A stretch of 64,000 nt of DNA from Chloroflexota bacterium (GTDB lineage: Bacteria; Chloroflexota; Anaerolineae; B4-G1; DUEL01), in contig JADBJJ010000023.1 of the NCBI GenBank assembly GCA_014874475.1, positions 391,836 to 455,835 of the forward strand. The letters are read 5' to 3'. Numbering within the stretch: position 1 is the stretch's first letter; the number at the start of each line of letters is the position of its first letter. This document shows, piece by piece, positions 43,513 to 55,139 of this stretch. Under the pieces are notes generated by a model. The model was not told the origin of the DNA. It saw only the letters and a program-made list of their open reading frames with translations, and searched no databases. The translations under genes were made by a program, and so were the position numbers.

Positions 43513-44070
43513 ATGATCCGGGATTTGCTTCGTGAGACCGAAGACCGTATGAAAAAGACCCTGGAGGTCTTGGAGGCGGATTTCCGGGCCATCCGCACTG
43601 GCCGGGCCAGCCCAGCCCTGGTGGAGCGGGTGATCGTGGACTACTACGGTGTTCCCACTCCCCTCAACCAATTGGCCGTCATCAGCGCGCCGGAGCCGCA
43701 ACTCCTCACTATCCGCCCGTATGATCCCTCCTCGCTGGGAGACATAGAGCGGGCTATCTTGAAATCCGACCTGGGCCTTACCCCTTCCAACGATGGCCGC
43801 ATCATCCGCCTGGTCATCCCTCCGCTGACGGAACAGCGTCGGACAGAACTGGCGCGTATGGTCAGCCGACGCGTGGAAGAAGCCAAAGTGGCCTTGCGCA
43901 ACATCCGTCGGGAAGCCCTGGATGACTTACGGGAGTTTGAGAAGGAGAAATTGATCTCGGAGGATGAGTTCTACCAGGCTCGCGACGAACTCCAGGAACT
44001 GACCGACAAATATACGGAGCGGGCAGAGGAAATCGGCGAACGGAAGACCCGGGAAGTGATGGAAATTTGA
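43513..44070 (+). CDS. frr: ribosome recycling factor
   Basis: IRTGRASPALV, YYGVPTPL, PPLTEQRR, KVALRNIRR. Confidence 0.98.
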   Translation: MIRDLLRETEDRMKKTLEVLEADFRAIRTGRASPALVERVIVDYYGVPTPLNQLAVISAPEPQLLTIRPYDPSSLGDIERAILKSDLGLTPSNDGRIIRLVIPPLTEQRRTELARMVSRRVEEAKVALRNIRREALDDLREFEKEKLISEDEFYQARDELQELTDKYTERAEEIGERKTREVMEI

Positions 44071-44118
44071 TGGTATTTGTCCTTCTGCATGTCGGCAACC
44101 TGCAGGGGACAAAGTCTT

Positions 44119-44147
44119 TTGCCGAAAGGGCAGAATGGTGGTATAAT
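44119..44147 (+). promoter_or_regulatory. internal promoter for uppS
   Basis: TTGCCG-N17-TATAAT with an extended -10 TG. Confidence 0.6.
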
Positions 44148-44223
44148 ATTTCTACACTTGGTATCTGTTGATTCACCGTCTCACCCGCATCGTTCCAGAG
44201 GCGCCGTCTCCGATTCCGCCCCA

Positions 44224-44976
44224 ATGACTCAACCGAAAGAGGAAAAAGTATACTCTCCACTGGAGAAAGTTCCCGTCCATGTCGGCATCATCATGGACGG
44301 AAATGGCCGATGGGCCCAGACCAGAGGGCTGCCGCGCCTGGCCGGTCATCGTGCGGGAACGGAGAATCTCCGCCGCATCCTGCGCGCTGCTGGGGAATTT
44401 GGCGTCCGCATCCTCACCATCTACGCCTTCTCCACCGAAAACTGGGAACGCCCCCAGGATGAGGTGGAAGGTCTGCTGAACATTATGGAGCAGATGATTG
44501 ACCGGGAACTCCCCGAACTCCACCGAGAAGGAGTCCAGATTCGCCATATCGGGCGGCTGGAACGGGTGCCTGCCCGCCTGGCCGCCAAAATCCGTCAGGC
44601 GCTGGACCTGACACGGGACAACCAGCGGCTCATCCTGAACGTCGCCTTTAACTACGGTGGACGGGCCGAGATCGCGGACGCGGTTCGTCGCATCATCCAG
44701 GATAGTATCCCTCCCGAAGCAGTGGACGAAGACCTCGTCTCTCGCTACCTGTACACCGCTGGCCTACCCGACCCCGACCTGATCATCCGGACCAGCGGAG
44801 AGATGCGGGTGAGCAACTTCCTCATCTGGCAGGGCGCCTACGCCGAATACTACGTCACCCCGGTCTACTGGCCTGATTTTGATAAGGACGAATTCTATAA
44901 AGCCCTGGCCGAGTATGCCCGGCGCGAGCGCCGCTTTGGCCGCATTCTCGCTCATGGAGAATCCCAGAGGGGTTGA
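44224..44976 (+). CDS. uppS: undecaprenyl diphosphate synthase (cis-prenyltransferase)
   Basis: [45 protein letters not shown]. Confidence 0.97.
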   Translation: MTQPKEEKVYSPLEKVPVHVGIIMDGNGRWAQTRGLPRLAGHRAGTENLRRILRAAGEFGVRILTIYAFSTENWERPQDEVEGLLNIMEQMIDRELPELHREGVQIRHIGRLERVPARLAAKIRQALDLTRDNQRLILNVAFNYGGRAEIADAVRRIIQDSIPPEAVDEDLVSRYLYTAGLPDPDLIIRTSGEMRVSNFLIWQGAYAEYYVTPVYWPDFDKDEFYKALAEYARRERRFGRILAHGESQRG

Positions 44977-45031
44977 CCCGGCGACGGCCTGATTTGCCAA
45001 TTCCCTATTCCCGGCGGAGTTATCCTTCCAC

Positions 45032-45835
45032 GTGTTGCGCACCCGTCTGTTCACGGCCCTGATCGCCCTTCCCGTTATTGTCGCCCTGACTAAGATAGGG
45101 GGTATCGGGTTCTTCGCCCTTGTCCTCGTCGTACTGACCGTGGCGGTGGTGGAATTCTGCCACCTTATGGAAAAGGACCGCTTCCGTCCCGCCCTGCCCT
45201 GGGCGTTGCTCCTCCTGTGGGTGCTGCTGCTGGATGCCCAGTTCCCCGGATGGGGGCTCTTTGGCCCCGGTCTCTCCCTGGCCCTGCTGGGTTCTCTGGC
45301 CTGGCAACTGGGTCATCGGCAAGGCAAACCGGTGGCCGATTGGTCGCTGACAGTGGTCGGGGCTCTCTATGTGGGTTGGTGTGGTTGGCATCTCATCCGC
45401 CTGCGGAACATGCCCGATGGCCTCTGGTGGGTGATGACCGTCCTGCCTGCCGTCTGGTTCGCAGACAGCGGTGCCTATCTGGTGGGCTGCACCTGGGGCC
45501 GCCACAAAATGGCCCCGACTCTGAGCCCGGGCAAGACATGGGAGGGCTACATCGGGGGGATCGTTATTGGTACTCTCCTGACAGCAGGACTGGCAGCCCT
45601 CTGGGACCTGGCTGCCAGCCCCAGCGGCCCCCGGGCCATAGATGGCGCCGGGATCGGCCTGCTGGTGGCGGTTCTCTCTCCGCTGGGTGACCTGGCCATC
45701 TCTATGATGAAACGCCAGGTGGGTGCTAAAGATAGCGGCACCCTGTTTCCTGGCCACGGCGGCGCGCTGGACCGGATAGATAGCATCCTCTGGGCCACCA
45801 TCCTGGGCTATTATTTTATCATCTGGACCCGATGA
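45032..45835 (+). CDS. cdsA: phosphatidate cytidylyltransferase
   Basis: DSGAY, SPGKTWEG, GDL..S..KR..GAKDSG..FPGHGG.LDRIDS. Confidence 0.97.
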   Translation: MLRTRLFTALIALPVIVALTKIGGIGFFALVLVVLTVAVVEFCHLMEKDRFRPALPWALLLLWVLLLDAQFPGWGLFGPGLSLALLGSLAWQLGHRQGKPVADWSLTVVGALYVGWCGWHLIRLRNMPDGLWWVMTVLPAVWFADSGAYLVGCTWGRHKMAPTLSPGKTWEGYIGGIVIGTLLTAGLAALWDLAASPSGPRAIDGAGIGLLVAVLSPLGDLAISMMKRQVGAKDSGTLFPGHGGALDRIDSILWATILGYYFIIWTR

Positions 45836-45869
45836 AAACCATATCCCCCCTTCTGAAGGAGGTCCCTCT

Positions 45870-46274
45870 ATGGTTGAACGTCGAGTTAGGGATATCTACC
45901 ACAAAGGCGTCATCTTCTGCAAGCCGGACACGCCCCTCCAGGAGGTGGTACGGGTGATGGCGGATACCGATATCCACGCCATCATCGTCGCCGAGGGTGA
46001 GGGGAAACGGCCTTTAGGTGTCGTCTCCCATACGGACGCCATTGCTCACTACGGAGAGGATCTGAGCCAAATTCGCGCCGCCCAGGTGATGACCCAGGGC
46101 GTTATCACTATCTCCAAAGACGCGCTGGTCGCCGAGGCGGCGCGCAAAATGCTGGAGAGCCGCATCCACCGCCTGCTGGTCGTGGATGAGGATGGCACCC
46201 CCCTAGGTATTCTCTCCACGACCGACATTATCCGCGATATGCGCGGCTCCAAGTGGGTCTGGTATATGGGGTGA
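45870..46274 (+). CDS. CBS-pair domain protein
   Basis: Two CBS motifs (IHAIIV...[15 protein letters not shown]...GILSTTDII). Confidence 0.88.
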   Translation: MVERRVRDIYHKGVIFCKPDTPLQEVVRVMADTDIHAIIVAEGEGKRPLGVVSHTDAIAHYGEDLSQIRAAQVMTQGVITISKDALVAEAARKMLESRIHRLLVVDEDGTPLGILSTTDIIRDMRGSKWVWYMG

Positions 46275-46278
46275 TCCG

Positions 46279-47295
46279 ATGCCTGAGGAAATCATCACCA
46301 TAGAACGGCACATCTTAGAGCAGGAACGGGCCTACCCGGAGGCCACTGGCGTCTTCACCAGCCTCCTCTACGACATCGCACTGGCGGCCAAGATTATTGC
46401 CCGCGAAACCTCCCGCGCCGGTCTGGTCCAGATTCTCGGCCTGGCAGGAAAGACCAACATCCAGGGCGAAGCACAGATGAAACTGGACGTCTTCGCCAAC
46501 CAGACGATTATCCGTATGAACTTCTATACGGGCCGGTTGGCAGTGATGGCTTCCGAGGAGGAGCCAGATATTATCCCTATCCCCGAGGGCTATCCCACGG
46601 GCCGCTACGTTCTAGTCTTTGACCCTCTGGACGGCTCATCCAACATCGATGCGAACGCCAGCATTGGAACAATTTTTGGCATTTACCGCCGCCGCACTTC
46701 CGCCGGTCCAGGAACAGTGGAAGATTGCCTCCAGCCAGGGCGGGCCCTGGCTGCTGCCGGTTACATTATTTATGGCTCCAGCACAATGATGGTATATACG
46801 ACCGGCAATGGGGTACATGGTTTCACCCTGGACCCCAGTGTGGGAGAGTTTCTGCTCTCCTACCCGAATATCCGCATCCCGGCAGAACCCAAATACTACA
46901 GCACGAATCAGGGCAACGAGAAGTACTGGAGCGAGGGCGTGCGGCGATTTACCCGCTGGCTGCAGGGTATGGATGAGGAGAACCCCCGCAAGCCGCTTTC
47001 TGGCCGTTATATCGGTTCGCTGGTTGCCGACTTCCACCGCAATCTGCTGGAAGGAGGGATCTTCTATTATCCTCTGGACTACAAGGACCCCAGCAATCCC
47101 AAAGGGAAACTGCGTCTCCTCTATGAAGCCGGCCCGCTGGCTTTCATCGCCGAACATGCTGGAGGATACGCTTCCGACGGGCAGCGCTCCATCCTGGATA
47201 TCGTCCCCGACATACTTCACCAGAGGACGGCCCTCTTCATCGGCAACCGGGACCTGGTAGAGATGGCAGAACGGTTCATCGCCCGCTACGGATGA
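46279..47295 (+). CDS. fbp: fructose-1,6-bisphosphatase class 1
   Basis: [36 protein letters not shown]. Confidence 0.97.
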   Translation: MPEEIITIERHILEQERAYPEATGVFTSLLYDIALAAKIIARETSRAGLVQILGLAGKTNIQGEAQMKLDVFANQTIIRMNFYTGRLAVMASEEEPDIIPIPEGYPTGRYVLVFDPLDGSSNIDANASIGTIFGIYRRRTSAGPGTVEDCLQPGRALAAAGYIIYGSSTMMVYTTGNGVHGFTLDPSVGEFLLSYPNIRIPAEPKYYSTNQGNEKYWSEGVRRFTRWLQGMDEENPRKPLSGRYIGSLVADFHRNLLEGGIFYYPLDYKDPSNPKGKLRLLYEAGPLAFIAEHAGGYASDGQRSILDIVPDILHQRTALFIGNRDLVEMAERFIARYG

Positions 47296-47413
47296 CTGAG
47301 GCAACATATCTTTGCCTCGCGGCGATCGGGCAATCTCCTGAGTGCTGCTGACAATATAGCGCTGTTGGCTCAGGGGCAAAGTTTGTGCTGGCACAGGATG
47401 GGGCCTTGAGCAT

Positions 47414-47476
47414 CCCTCATCCCCCGGGCCCCCTTCTCCCCCGCCACGGCGGAAGAGAAGGGGAAAAAGAGAGGGT
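47414..47476. repeat. REP-like hairpin repeat
   Basis: CCCCTTCTC...GAGAAGGGG stem; 47429-47451 matches 8919-8941 at 22 of 23 positions. Confidence 0.55.
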
Positions 47477-47558
47477 AAGCGGCGGTGAATATTCAGCAAC
47501 CCTCTATGGAGAGACGACCGACCATCGCCGCCGGGGCAAAAATATCAGGAGGTAGGAT

Positions 47559-48935
47559 ATGGAAGAAGTAATGATAAAAATGGAAGAAGAGGCTACTCCC
47601 CCCCGACCGGATGAAACCACGCGAGAGATCGTCCCGGGAGTGCCAGCCGAGATGCTGGAGATGGGGACTCTGGAGGAGTGGACCCTCTCCGATCTTCGGG
47701 AGTTGGCCCGCAAGATGGGCGTCTCCGGGTACACCCGGCTGAAGAAGGAGGACCTGATCCTGCGCATCCTTCAGGCAAAGGCCGAGCGAGAAGGGCTGAC
47801 CTTCCGGGGAGGTGTGCTGGAGATTATCCCTGACGAGGGGGTAGGTTTCTTGCGGGGGCCCAATTATCTCCCCAGCCCAGAGGACGTCTATGTCTCTCAA
47901 TCCCAGATTCGGCGCTTCGGCCTGCGCAACGGCGACCTGGTCATCGGGCAAGTCCGGCCACCCAAAGAGACCGAACGGTGGTACAGTCTGTTGCGGGTGG
48001 AAACGGTCAACGGAATGGATCCGGAACAGGCCAAATTGCGCCCCCGCTTTGAGAAACTGACCCCCATCTTCCCGACCCGCCGGCTCATCATTGAGACCGA
48101 CCGGCACAACCTGACCACCCGGTTGCTCAGTCTCATTGCGCCCATCGGGAAAGGGCAGCGGGGCCTCATCGTCTCGCCTCCCAAGGCCGGGAAGACCACC
48201 GTCCTCAAGCATATTGCCAACGGCATCAGCGCCAGCCACCCGGAGGTTCACCTGATGGTTGTCCTCATCGGTGAACGGCCAGAGGAGGTGACCGATATGG
48301 ACCGATCGGTGGAGGCGGAGGTGATCAGTTCCACCTTTGATGAACCGGTCCAGAACCACACTAAGGTGGCCGAGATGGCGCTGGAGCGGGCCAAGCGGCT
48401 GGTGGAGTGCAAAAAGGATGTGGTCATCCTGCTGGATAGCATCACCCGGCTGGCACGGGCATACAACCTGGTCGTTCAGCCCAGTGGGCGTACCCTCTCC
48501 GGCGGTCTGGACCCGGCGGCCCTCTACCCGCCCAAGAGTTTCTTCGGCGCGGCCCGGAACCTGGAAGAGGGCGGCAGTCTCACCATCATCGCTACCTGTC
48601 TGGTGGACACCGGCAGCCGTATGGATGATATGATTTACGAAGAGTTCAAAGGGACCGGCAACATGGAACTCCACCTCAGCCGACGGCTGCAGGAACGGCG
48701 CATCTTCCCCGCCTTTGACATTGAACGGTCTGGCACCCGCCGGGAGGAGTTACTCCTGGACCAGGAGACGCTGCAAAGGGTCTGGCTGATGCGCAAGATG
48801 ATCGCCCAAATGGTGGCCCCGCCGCCATCCGGAGCCGGGTACGACCTGACGATGGTGGCTGAATCGGTGCTGCAGCACCTGGCCCGCACGCGCAACAACC
48901 GGGAATTTCTGGAAACGCTGAAAGAAGCAATGTAG
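47559..48935 (+). CDS. rho: transcription termination factor Rho
   Basis: [53 protein letters not shown]. Confidence 0.98.
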   Translation: MEEVMIKMEEEATPPRPDETTREIVPGVPAEMLEMGTLEEWTLSDLRELARKMGVSGYTRLKKEDLILRILQAKAEREGLTFRGGVLEIIPDEGVGFLRGPNYLPSPEDVYVSQSQIRRFGLRNGDLVIGQVRPPKETERWYSLLRVETVNGMDPEQAKLRPRFEKLTPIFPTRRLIIETDRHNLTTRLLSLIAPIGKGQRGLIVSPPKAGKTTVLKHIANGISASHPEVHLMVVLIGERPEEVTDMDRSVEAEVISSTFDEPVQNHTKVAEMALERAKRLVECKKDVVILLDSITRLARAYNLVVQPSGRTLSGGLDPAALYPPKSFFGAARNLEEGGSLTIIATCLVDTGSRMDDMIYEEFKGTGNMELHLSRRLQERRIFPAFDIERSGTRREELLLDQETLQRVWLMRKMIAQMVAPPPSGAGYDLTMVAESVLQHLARTRNNREFLETLKEAM

Positions 48936-48947
48936 AGTGGCGTGAGA

Positions 48948-49712
48948 TTAATCCTGGGCCACGGTGTTCAACCACTCCTGCACTATGAGTGCCACCCGGT
49001 CCGGTCTCTCCAGCATCACCATATGACCGGTTCTCTCAACCAGGACAAACAGCGCCCCAGGCATGCGCTCCGCCAGCCACTGCCCGAACTTCGGCGGCGT
49101 CATCCGATCCTCTGAGCCGGTAATCACCAGTGTTGGCGCGGTGATTTCCCCGATCCGTTCCCGGACATCAAAGCGGTCGCAGGCAGCGAAGTCCCCCCAG
49201 ACGACCTGAGGGTTCACGCGCTCCATCATCCGGCGGCCCCGGGCGACCATCACCGGGTCGGCTTCGGGGCCCCAGGCCCATTCGGTGATCAAGGCCACTG
49301 CCCTGCGCGCGTCCAGCAAAATCCCGTCCAGGAGGACCGGTGCCACGCGCAACCGCGCTCCGGTGCCCACCAGCACCAGTCCGGCAACCCGCTCGGGAGC
49401 CAGCAGGGCCGTCATCTGGGCGATAGCGCCTCCCATAGAATGCCCGACCAGCACTCCGCGCGAAATCCCCACAGCGTCCATAAAGCGGATGACGTCGGCG
49501 GCGTAGTCCTCTATGCGCTCCCGGCCTGGCCCCTCGGAGCGTCCATGCCCGGGCAGGTCTATGGCGTAGACGGTGGCCCCAGATAGGCGGCGCAGCGCGG
49601 CCGGCCAGTGGAGGTGACTCCCGCCAGCCCCATGGATCAGGATCAGAGCGGGTCCTCTCCGCCCGCTAACGGTGTAGAAAAGCGCCTGTTCCCCGATCTG
49701 AGCAAACGGCAT
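48948..49712 (-). CDS. alpha/beta fold hydrolase
   Basis: HGAGG, DLPGHG, GHSMGG nucleophile elbow, D and GH catalytic triad residues. Confidence 0.92.
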   Translation of the reverse strand: MPFAQIGEQALFYTVSGRRGPALILIHGAGGSHLHWPAALRRLSGATVYAIDLPGHGRSEGPGRERIEDYAADVIRFMDAVGISRGVLVGHSMGGAIAQMTALLAPERVAGLVLVGTGARLRVAPVLLDGILLDARRAVALITEWAWGPEADPVMVARGRRMMERVNPQVVWGDFAACDRFDVRERIGEITAPTLVITGSEDRMTPPKFGQWLAERMPGALFVLVERTGHMVMLERPDRVALIVQEWLNTVAQD

Positions 49713-49772
49713 GGCTCCTCCCTTAAGATAGAACCATAGAACATCCCCGGCACTCTGGAAGTGCCGGGTACG

Positions 49773-50363
49773 TCATTCCTGATTTCTGCATCCGGCCCGG
49801 AAGGCGGCCAGATTCCGCTCCGGGTCCCGAGGCCAACGGCGCTGGATGGCTTCTTCCACCGCTATGGCGGGCAAGATGTCCCCCAGGCGAGTACGACCAA
49901 CCGCTGCCCCCAGCACAAACAGGTTGGCCGGCAGACCCGAGGGCAGTGTATCCGGGGGGAGGTAGATATCGCGTCCCTCCGCCGCGCGCACCTGCTCCAG
50001 CACCACTTCCAGCGCCGGATACGCCGCCTTCCCCAGCATAACGGCTGTTGGAAGCCAGCGTTCCCCGAAGAGCAGGAACTCCCCGCCGGGCCGCAGGACA
50101 CGCACCGCTCGCAACGCCTCTGAGACCTCCATCGCGATGACCAGGTCGGCTCCCTGGGGCGGGATATTCGGCCCCACTGCGGACCGTCCCAGCCGCAACT
50201 GGGCCTTGACCAGACCACCCCGCTGGGCCATGCCTTTGTAGGGGTAGAAGCAAGCCGGAAGGTCAAGGGCCAGAGCCGCCTCTGCAATCACCTCTCCGAT
50301 GGTCAGGAGCCCCTGACCACCGACACCGATGAGAAAGATATCCAGACTCTTTTCGGTTTTCAT
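49773..50363 (-). CDS. iorB: indolepyruvate:ferredoxin oxidoreductase beta subunit
   Basis: GVGGQGLLT, GMAQRGG.V, NLAAF..G; directly downstream of iorA. Confidence 0.88.
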   Translation of the reverse strand: MKTEKSLDIFLIGVGGQGLLTIGEVIAEAALALDLPACFYPYKGMAQRGGLVKAQLRLGRSAVGPNIPPQGADLVIAMEVSEALRAVRVLRPGGEFLLFGERWLPTAVMLGKAAYPALEVVLEQVRAAEGRDIYLPPDTLPSGLPANLFVLGAAVGRTRLGDILPAIAVEEAIQRRWPRDPERNLAAFRAGCRNQE

Positions 50364-50366
50364 CGC

Positions 50367-52241
50367 CTATTCCGAGATACGGACCAGAGCGTCCCGGTTG
50401 CACACCTGAGCGCAGAGGCCGCAGCCGTAGCAGAGCGCGGAGTCAATCATCACGGCCTCTGTGCCCAGGTCTATGGCCGGGCATCCGGTGAGCATAATGC
50501 ATAATTTGCAAAGGTTACAATTCTCGGGCACGACGCGCACAGTGCCAGCCCGGTGCCCCCGCCGCTGAGCCTGGATGGCGCACTCCTGCCGGGATAGAAT
50601 GACCTTGACGCCGGGCAGCGCCAGCGCCTGCTGGATGACCGCTGTCGTCCCATCCAGGTCAAAGGGGTCCACGACGAAGAAGTGCTCCACCCCCAGCGCG
50701 GGCACCAGTTGCGCAATGTCCACCCGACGGCCTCCCGGCGGCTGGAACTCCTCATCGGTGCTGGGGTTGACCTGCATACCCGTCATTGCCGTCCAGCCAT
50801 TGTCCATAATGATCACCGTCAGGGGGACAGCGTGCTGGATAGCGTTGATGAGCGCCGGGATTCCTGCGTGGAAAAAGGTGGAGTCGCCGATGGTGGCGAT
50901 GACGGGAGTTTTCACTCCGGCGTGGACGTAGCCCTGGGCCAGGCCGATACTGGCCCCCATCGCGACCTCGTTCCAGACCGTATCAAAGGGTGGGTTCATC
51001 CCCAGGATCGTGCAGCCGATGTCCCCGGTCACCATCACCTGGTCCCGCCGGTATCCGGCCCGGCGGATGGCCCGGTTGATGGCCAGAAAAGTGCCCCGAT
51101 GGGGACAACCCGGACAGACCGTAATGGGACGGGGCGCCGCCAGCTGCTCCGCCTCCGTCTCGGCCGCGAAGAGGTCCGGGGGGATGGAGAAACCCAGCGC
51201 GGCCGCGATCCCCCGGACGACGTGGCGCACGTCGTACTCACCGACCCGTTCCAGCGTCCCGTCCAGTTTGCCCACGATGCGACCGGGAAAGCCGCGCCGG
51301 TGCGCTTCCACATAGACGCCCCGCTCTAGATGGGGCTCCAGTTCCTCCAGAACCACCACCATATCCACCTGCTGCAACAGGGCCCGGACTTCATCGGAGG
51401 GAAAAGGATGGGGGGCCCGGACGCGCAAAGTGGAAACGCTCCGGGGGTCCAGACCCCAGCGGGTTGCAATCTCTAATCCCTCCTCCAGATACGCGTTGAC
51501 CACGCCGCCAGCGATGATCCCTAATCTCGGATGAGAGTTTTTCTCCGCGATCTGGAGAGAATTCAGGCCTGCCTGTCGGAGCCATCGTCCGGCCTCTTCC
51601 AGCCGGACGATCAGGTCCCGGTGCTGCTGCATACAGATGGCCGCGCCCGCTTTGGTGAAGCGCGCGATGTCCCGCAGCAACTGGGGTTCCCGCTCCGGTA
51701 GGGGGAGGGGTTCGCCCACCTCCACCGGAGCGGAGGTGTGAGCGATCGCGGTGACCAATCGGACCAGGACCGGCGTCCCCACTGCTTCGGAAAGGTCAAA
51801 AGCCAGACGGGTGAGTTGGTACGCCTCCGCCACGGAGGAGGGGTCCAGGAGGGGAAGGTCGGCCAGAAGGGCAAACCCCCGCGAGTCCTGCTCGCACATC
51901 CCGGCGCTCACGCCGGGGTCATCGGCCACATAGATGACCAGTCCGCCAACGACGCCGGAGTAAGCGACCGAGTAAAGGGAGTCGGAAGCCACATTCAGGC
52001 CCGACATCTTCATCGTGCAGAGGGCACGCTGGCCTGCCCAGGCGGCCCCGGCGGCGATCTCCAGAGCCACCTTCTCGTTGGTGCTCCATTCCACATAGAC
52101 GCTCGGCGGCTCCATCGCCAGCAAACTCTCTATCGCGCCGGTAGAGGGGGTACCGGGATAGCCGGTGATGACGCGAGCGCCGGCATGCAGGGCACCCAGT
52201 GCAAGCGCTTCGTTGCCGGTCAGAAGTTTCCTTGAAGACAA
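50367..52241 (-). CDS. iorA: indolepyruvate:ferredoxin oxidoreductase alpha subunit
   Basis: GNEALA, GYPGTPS, WSTNEKVALE, CPGCPHR, GDIGC, IGDSTFFH TPP motif, two C-terminal 4Fe-4S motifs. Confidence 0.92.
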   Translation of the reverse strand: MSSRKLLTGNEALALGALHAGARVITGYPGTPSTGAIESLLAMEPPSVYVEWSTNEKVALEIAAGAAWAGQRALCTMKMSGLNVASDSLYSVAYSGVVGGLVIYVADDPGVSAGMCEQDSRGFALLADLPLLDPSSVAEAYQLTRLAFDLSEAVGTPVLVRLVTAIAHTSAPVEVGEPLPLPEREPQLLRDIARFTKAGAAICMQQHRDLIVRLEEAGRWLRQAGLNSLQIAEKNSHPRLGIIAGGVVNAYLEEGLEIATRWGLDPRSVSTLRVRAPHPFPSDEVRALLQQVDMVVVLEELEPHLERGVYVEAHRRGFPGRIVGKLDGTLERVGEYDVRHVVRGIAAALGFSIPPDLFAAETEAEQLAAPRPITVCPGCPHRGTFLAINRAIRRAGYRRDQVMVTGDIGCTILGMNPPFDTVWNEVAMGASIGLAQGYVHAGVKTPVIATIGDSTFFHAGIPALINAIQHAVPLTVIIMDNGWTAMTGMQVNPSTDEEFQPPGGRRVDIAQLVPALGVEHFFVVDPFDLDGTTAVIQQALALPGVKVILSRQECAIQAQRRGHRAGTVRVVPENCNLCKLCIMLTGCPAIDLGTEAVMIDSALCYGCGLCAQVCNRDALVRISE

Positions 52242-52399
52242 GGTTCACCTCTCTATGAAAGTTGTTCGGTAACGGCTCCATCTCAACCCAATCTCGCCTC
52301 GCTTCTCCTGGAAAGGACAGGGCCTGTCTGGATACGGTTTTGCGGCAGTGAAAGGCCGCCGCCAGGCCCCTCTCTGACGGGAACACGGCAGCAAGGGCT

Positions 52400-52427
52400 A
52401 TTATAGCCATGGCTGTACCCCTGTCAA
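52400..52427 (-). promoter_or_regulatory. promoter for the iorAB operon
   Basis: TTGACA-N16-TATAAT. Confidence 0.7.
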
Positions 52428-52681
52428 CAAGTGACCGAGAAAGGGCAAAATCCCGCCTGTTCCCCCTCTCCCTCTTTCGGGGGAAAGGGGTTGGGAGAGA
52501 GAGGGGGATATCACCTTTCACGGCGCAGCGCCAGAGGGTTATTCTCAGCCCCCACGACTTTCGGGGCGCACCCCAGAAAACGCCGGAGTCTTCTGGCTTT
52601 TCTCACAGTACAAACAATGTTATAATGTTCTTTCGGAATACCAGGAATTTCCCAGATTTGTTCCGAACGAGGTGAATCTCT

Positions 52682-53455
52682 ATGCGAAAACCTTTCATCG
52701 CCGGCAACTGGAAGATGCACAAAACCATCGGCGAAGCAGTTGCGCTGGTGACTGAACTGCGGGCCCTGCTGGAGGGGGTGGAGGGTATAGAAATCGCCGT
52801 CTGCCCGCCGTTCCCTGCTCTGGAGGCGGTGCGGAGGACTCTGGCCGGCTCCCCCCTCCGCGTGGGCGCGCAGAATATGCACTGGGAAGAGGCCGGTGCC
52901 TTCACTGGCGAGGTCTCCCCGCGCATGCTGGTGGACCTTTGTGACTGCGTCATCATCGGGCACTCGGAGCGGCGCACCCACTTCGGCGAGACCGACGAAA
53001 TGGTGAACCGCAAACTGCGCGCCGCCTTAGCCCACGGCCTGACCCCCATCGTCTGCGTGGGGGAAAATCTGGAGCAGAATCGGGCCGGGGAGACGGAGGC
53101 CGTCGTCGGAGCGCAGGTGCGGGCCGCCTTCGCCGGGGTGGAGGCCGAAGAGGCCCGCCAAGTCGTCATCGCCTACGAGCCCATCTGGGCCATCGGCACC
53201 GGTGTCCCCGCCTACGGCCCAGATGCCAACCGCATCGTCCGCCAGGCTATCCGTGCCGTCCTGGGCCAACTCTACGGAGAGGAGATCGCGCAAGCCATAC
53301 GGGTCCAGTACGGCGGGTCGGTCACCCCGGCCAACATCGCCGAGTTCATGCAGGAGACGGAGATTGACGGCGCGCTGGTGGGTGGCGCCAGCCTGCGCGC
53401 CGCCGACTTCGCCGCTATCGTCCGCCAGGGGCTGGCAGCCAAACAGCCAAGATGA
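52682..53455 (+). CDS. tpiA: triosephosphate isomerase
   Basis: AGNWKM, GHSERR, AYEPIWAIGTG, YGGSV, LVGGASL. Confidence 0.99.
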   Translation: MRKPFIAGNWKMHKTIGEAVALVTELRALLEGVEGIEIAVCPPFPALEAVRRTLAGSPLRVGAQNMHWEEAGAFTGEVSPRMLVDLCDCVIIGHSERRTHFGETDEMVNRKLRAALAHGLTPIVCVGENLEQNRAGETEAVVGAQVRAAFAGVEAEEARQVVIAYEPIWAIGTGVPAYGPDANRIVRQAIRAVLGQLYGEEIAQAIRVQYGGSVTPANIAEFMQETEIDGALVGGASLRAADFAAIVRQGLAAKQPR

Positions 53456-53522
53456 AGACGCGGATGGACCCGGACTAACACAGGCCTTCCGTGTTCATCC
53501 GTGTTCTATTGCTCCCGATTCT

Positions 53523-55091
53523 ATGCGCTACCTGACTGGTCTGCTCACCTTCATCGCTCTTCTGGTTTTTTTGGGGTACCTGGTCATCTTCCTGGACTAC
53601 TCGGTGGCCCTCTTCCGCTGGCCATACGACTACGACCAAGGGGAAGGGTTTGAACTGTACGACGCAGTGCTTTACCGTCAGGGGGAGTGGCCCTACCGGG
53701 ATAACAGCACCTTCCCCTTCTACGGCTCCAACTACCCGCCGCTCTTCCACCTGCTCATCGTCCCACTCCTGGAGGTATTCGGCTCGCGCCTGCTCGCGGG
53801 GCGGCTGGTCTCCTTTACAGCGACCCTGGTCACAGCGGCGACGGTCGCCTGGATCGTGCGGCGGGAGGTCGGAAGCCGGCGCGGCCTGCTCCCTCAGGCC
53901 GTCCCCATTCTGGCGGGGCTCTCTTTTCTGGCGGCCAACATCGTCTATCAGATTGGGCCCCTCTGCCGTCTGCATATGACGATGGTCATGTTTGAGACGC
54001 TGGCCGTGGCCGCCATCGCCCAGTTCCAGCATCCCCGCCACGGCGACCGGTACCTGCTCCTGGGCCTGTTCTTCCTGCTCTGCGCAGGGTACACCAAACA
54101 ACTGGCGGTCTTCACCGTCGTCGCCGCGCTGGGGTTTGTTTTTCTTCGGGACATCCGCCGGGCGCTGGTCGGTGGGGCCGGGTTGGCCCTGGTCGCCGGC
54201 GGGCTCTTCCTGTTGATAGACCACGCGACCGGTGGCCAGTGGACCGTCAACATCATCCATGCCAATGTCAACGAGTTTGATTACCAGCAGACGCTGGTCT
54301 TCCTGAACCAGTGGCTGCGGCTCTACCCTATCCTCATCCTGCTGGCGACGGGGATGCTGGTGTGGGAACTGTTCTGGGACCGGCTGTCGGTCTACAGCCT
54401 CTGGTTTGTGCTGGCGGTCGGGATGGGGCTTCTCAGCGGGAAGTGGGGGGCCGGGCCGGCGTATTTCACCACATCTATCGCGGCGGCCTGCGTCCTGGCC
54501 GGGCGGGCGCTGCTCCGGTTGACCGACGCGCTTTCCCGCCGGTGGCCCCAGTGGGAGACCAGGGTGGCCCTGCTGGTGCCAGTCCTTTTTCTCATCCAGG
54601 CAGCCTGTAACCTGCATATGCCTACCGATGGGCCAGTCTTTGGGCCGCTGGCGCGGGCGCTGGGGATCGCCGACCGGACGATTCGGGGGGATTGTACCGT
54701 CTTTGCCTACTACGACAGCGGCGGCTACACCCAGTTGGGCCACCGGCTGACCGAAGCGGATTACCGGGCTGGGGAGCGGATTCTGGCCTACGTCCGGAAT
54801 TCGGACGGGCCGCCGTTCAGCGAAGAGGCCGCCTTCAGCCTGCTGGCGGGCCGTCCCGTGGTGACCAACCCGACCCAGTTGCTGAACCTCTACAAGAACG
54901 GGCTGCTGGATACGTCCGAACTGGTCCGCCGGATTGAGGCAGAGGAGTTCGGCGTCGTCGTCTTTCGGGCCCAGTTCTACCCGCCACCGGTCCTGGAAGC
55001 CATCGGCCAGCACTACCGACCGGTAGAGCACATCTGCATGAACGGCTTCTATTACCACATTCTCCTGCCCAATCGGCTGCTCGGCAGATAG
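53523..55091 (+). CDS. multi-pass membrane glycosyltransferase (GT-C/ArnT-PMT-like)
   Basis: DYDQGEG, NYPPLFH, GRLVS, YTKQ motifs; many TM helices; ATG at 53523. Confidence 0.75.
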   Translation: MRYLTGLLTFIALLVFLGYLVIFLDYSVALFRWPYDYDQGEGFELYDAVLYRQGEWPYRDNSTFPFYGSNYPPLFHLLIVPLLEVFGSRLLAGRLVSFTATLVTAATVAWIVRREVGSRRGLLPQAVPILAGLSFLAANIVYQIGPLCRLHMTMVMFETLAVAAIAQFQHPRHGDRYLLLGLFFLLCAGYTKQLAVFTVVAALGFVFLRDIRRALVGGAGLALVAGGLFLLIDHATGGQWTVNIIHANVNEFDYQQTLVFLNQWLRLYPILILLATGMLVWELFWDRLSVYSLWFVLAVGMGLLSGKWGAGPAYFTTSIAAACVLAGRALLRLTDALSRRWPQWETRVALLVPVLFLIQAACNLHMPTDGPVFGPLARALGIADRTIRGDCTVFAYYDSGGYTQLGHRLTEADYRAGERILAYVRNSDGPPFSEEAAFSLLAGRPVVTNPTQLLNLYKNGLLDTSELVRRIEAEEFGVVVFRAQFYPPPVLEAIGQHYRPVEHICMNGFYYHILLPNRLLGR

Positions 55092-55139
55092 AAAGAATGT
55101 TTTTATTACAACGACAAGGTCGCTGCAAAGGAGCAGGGT

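Noticed and set aside
45836..45869. Absence of dxr and rseP after uppS-cdsA
   Set aside because: This order varies commonly between lineages and is uninformative without the rest of the genome.
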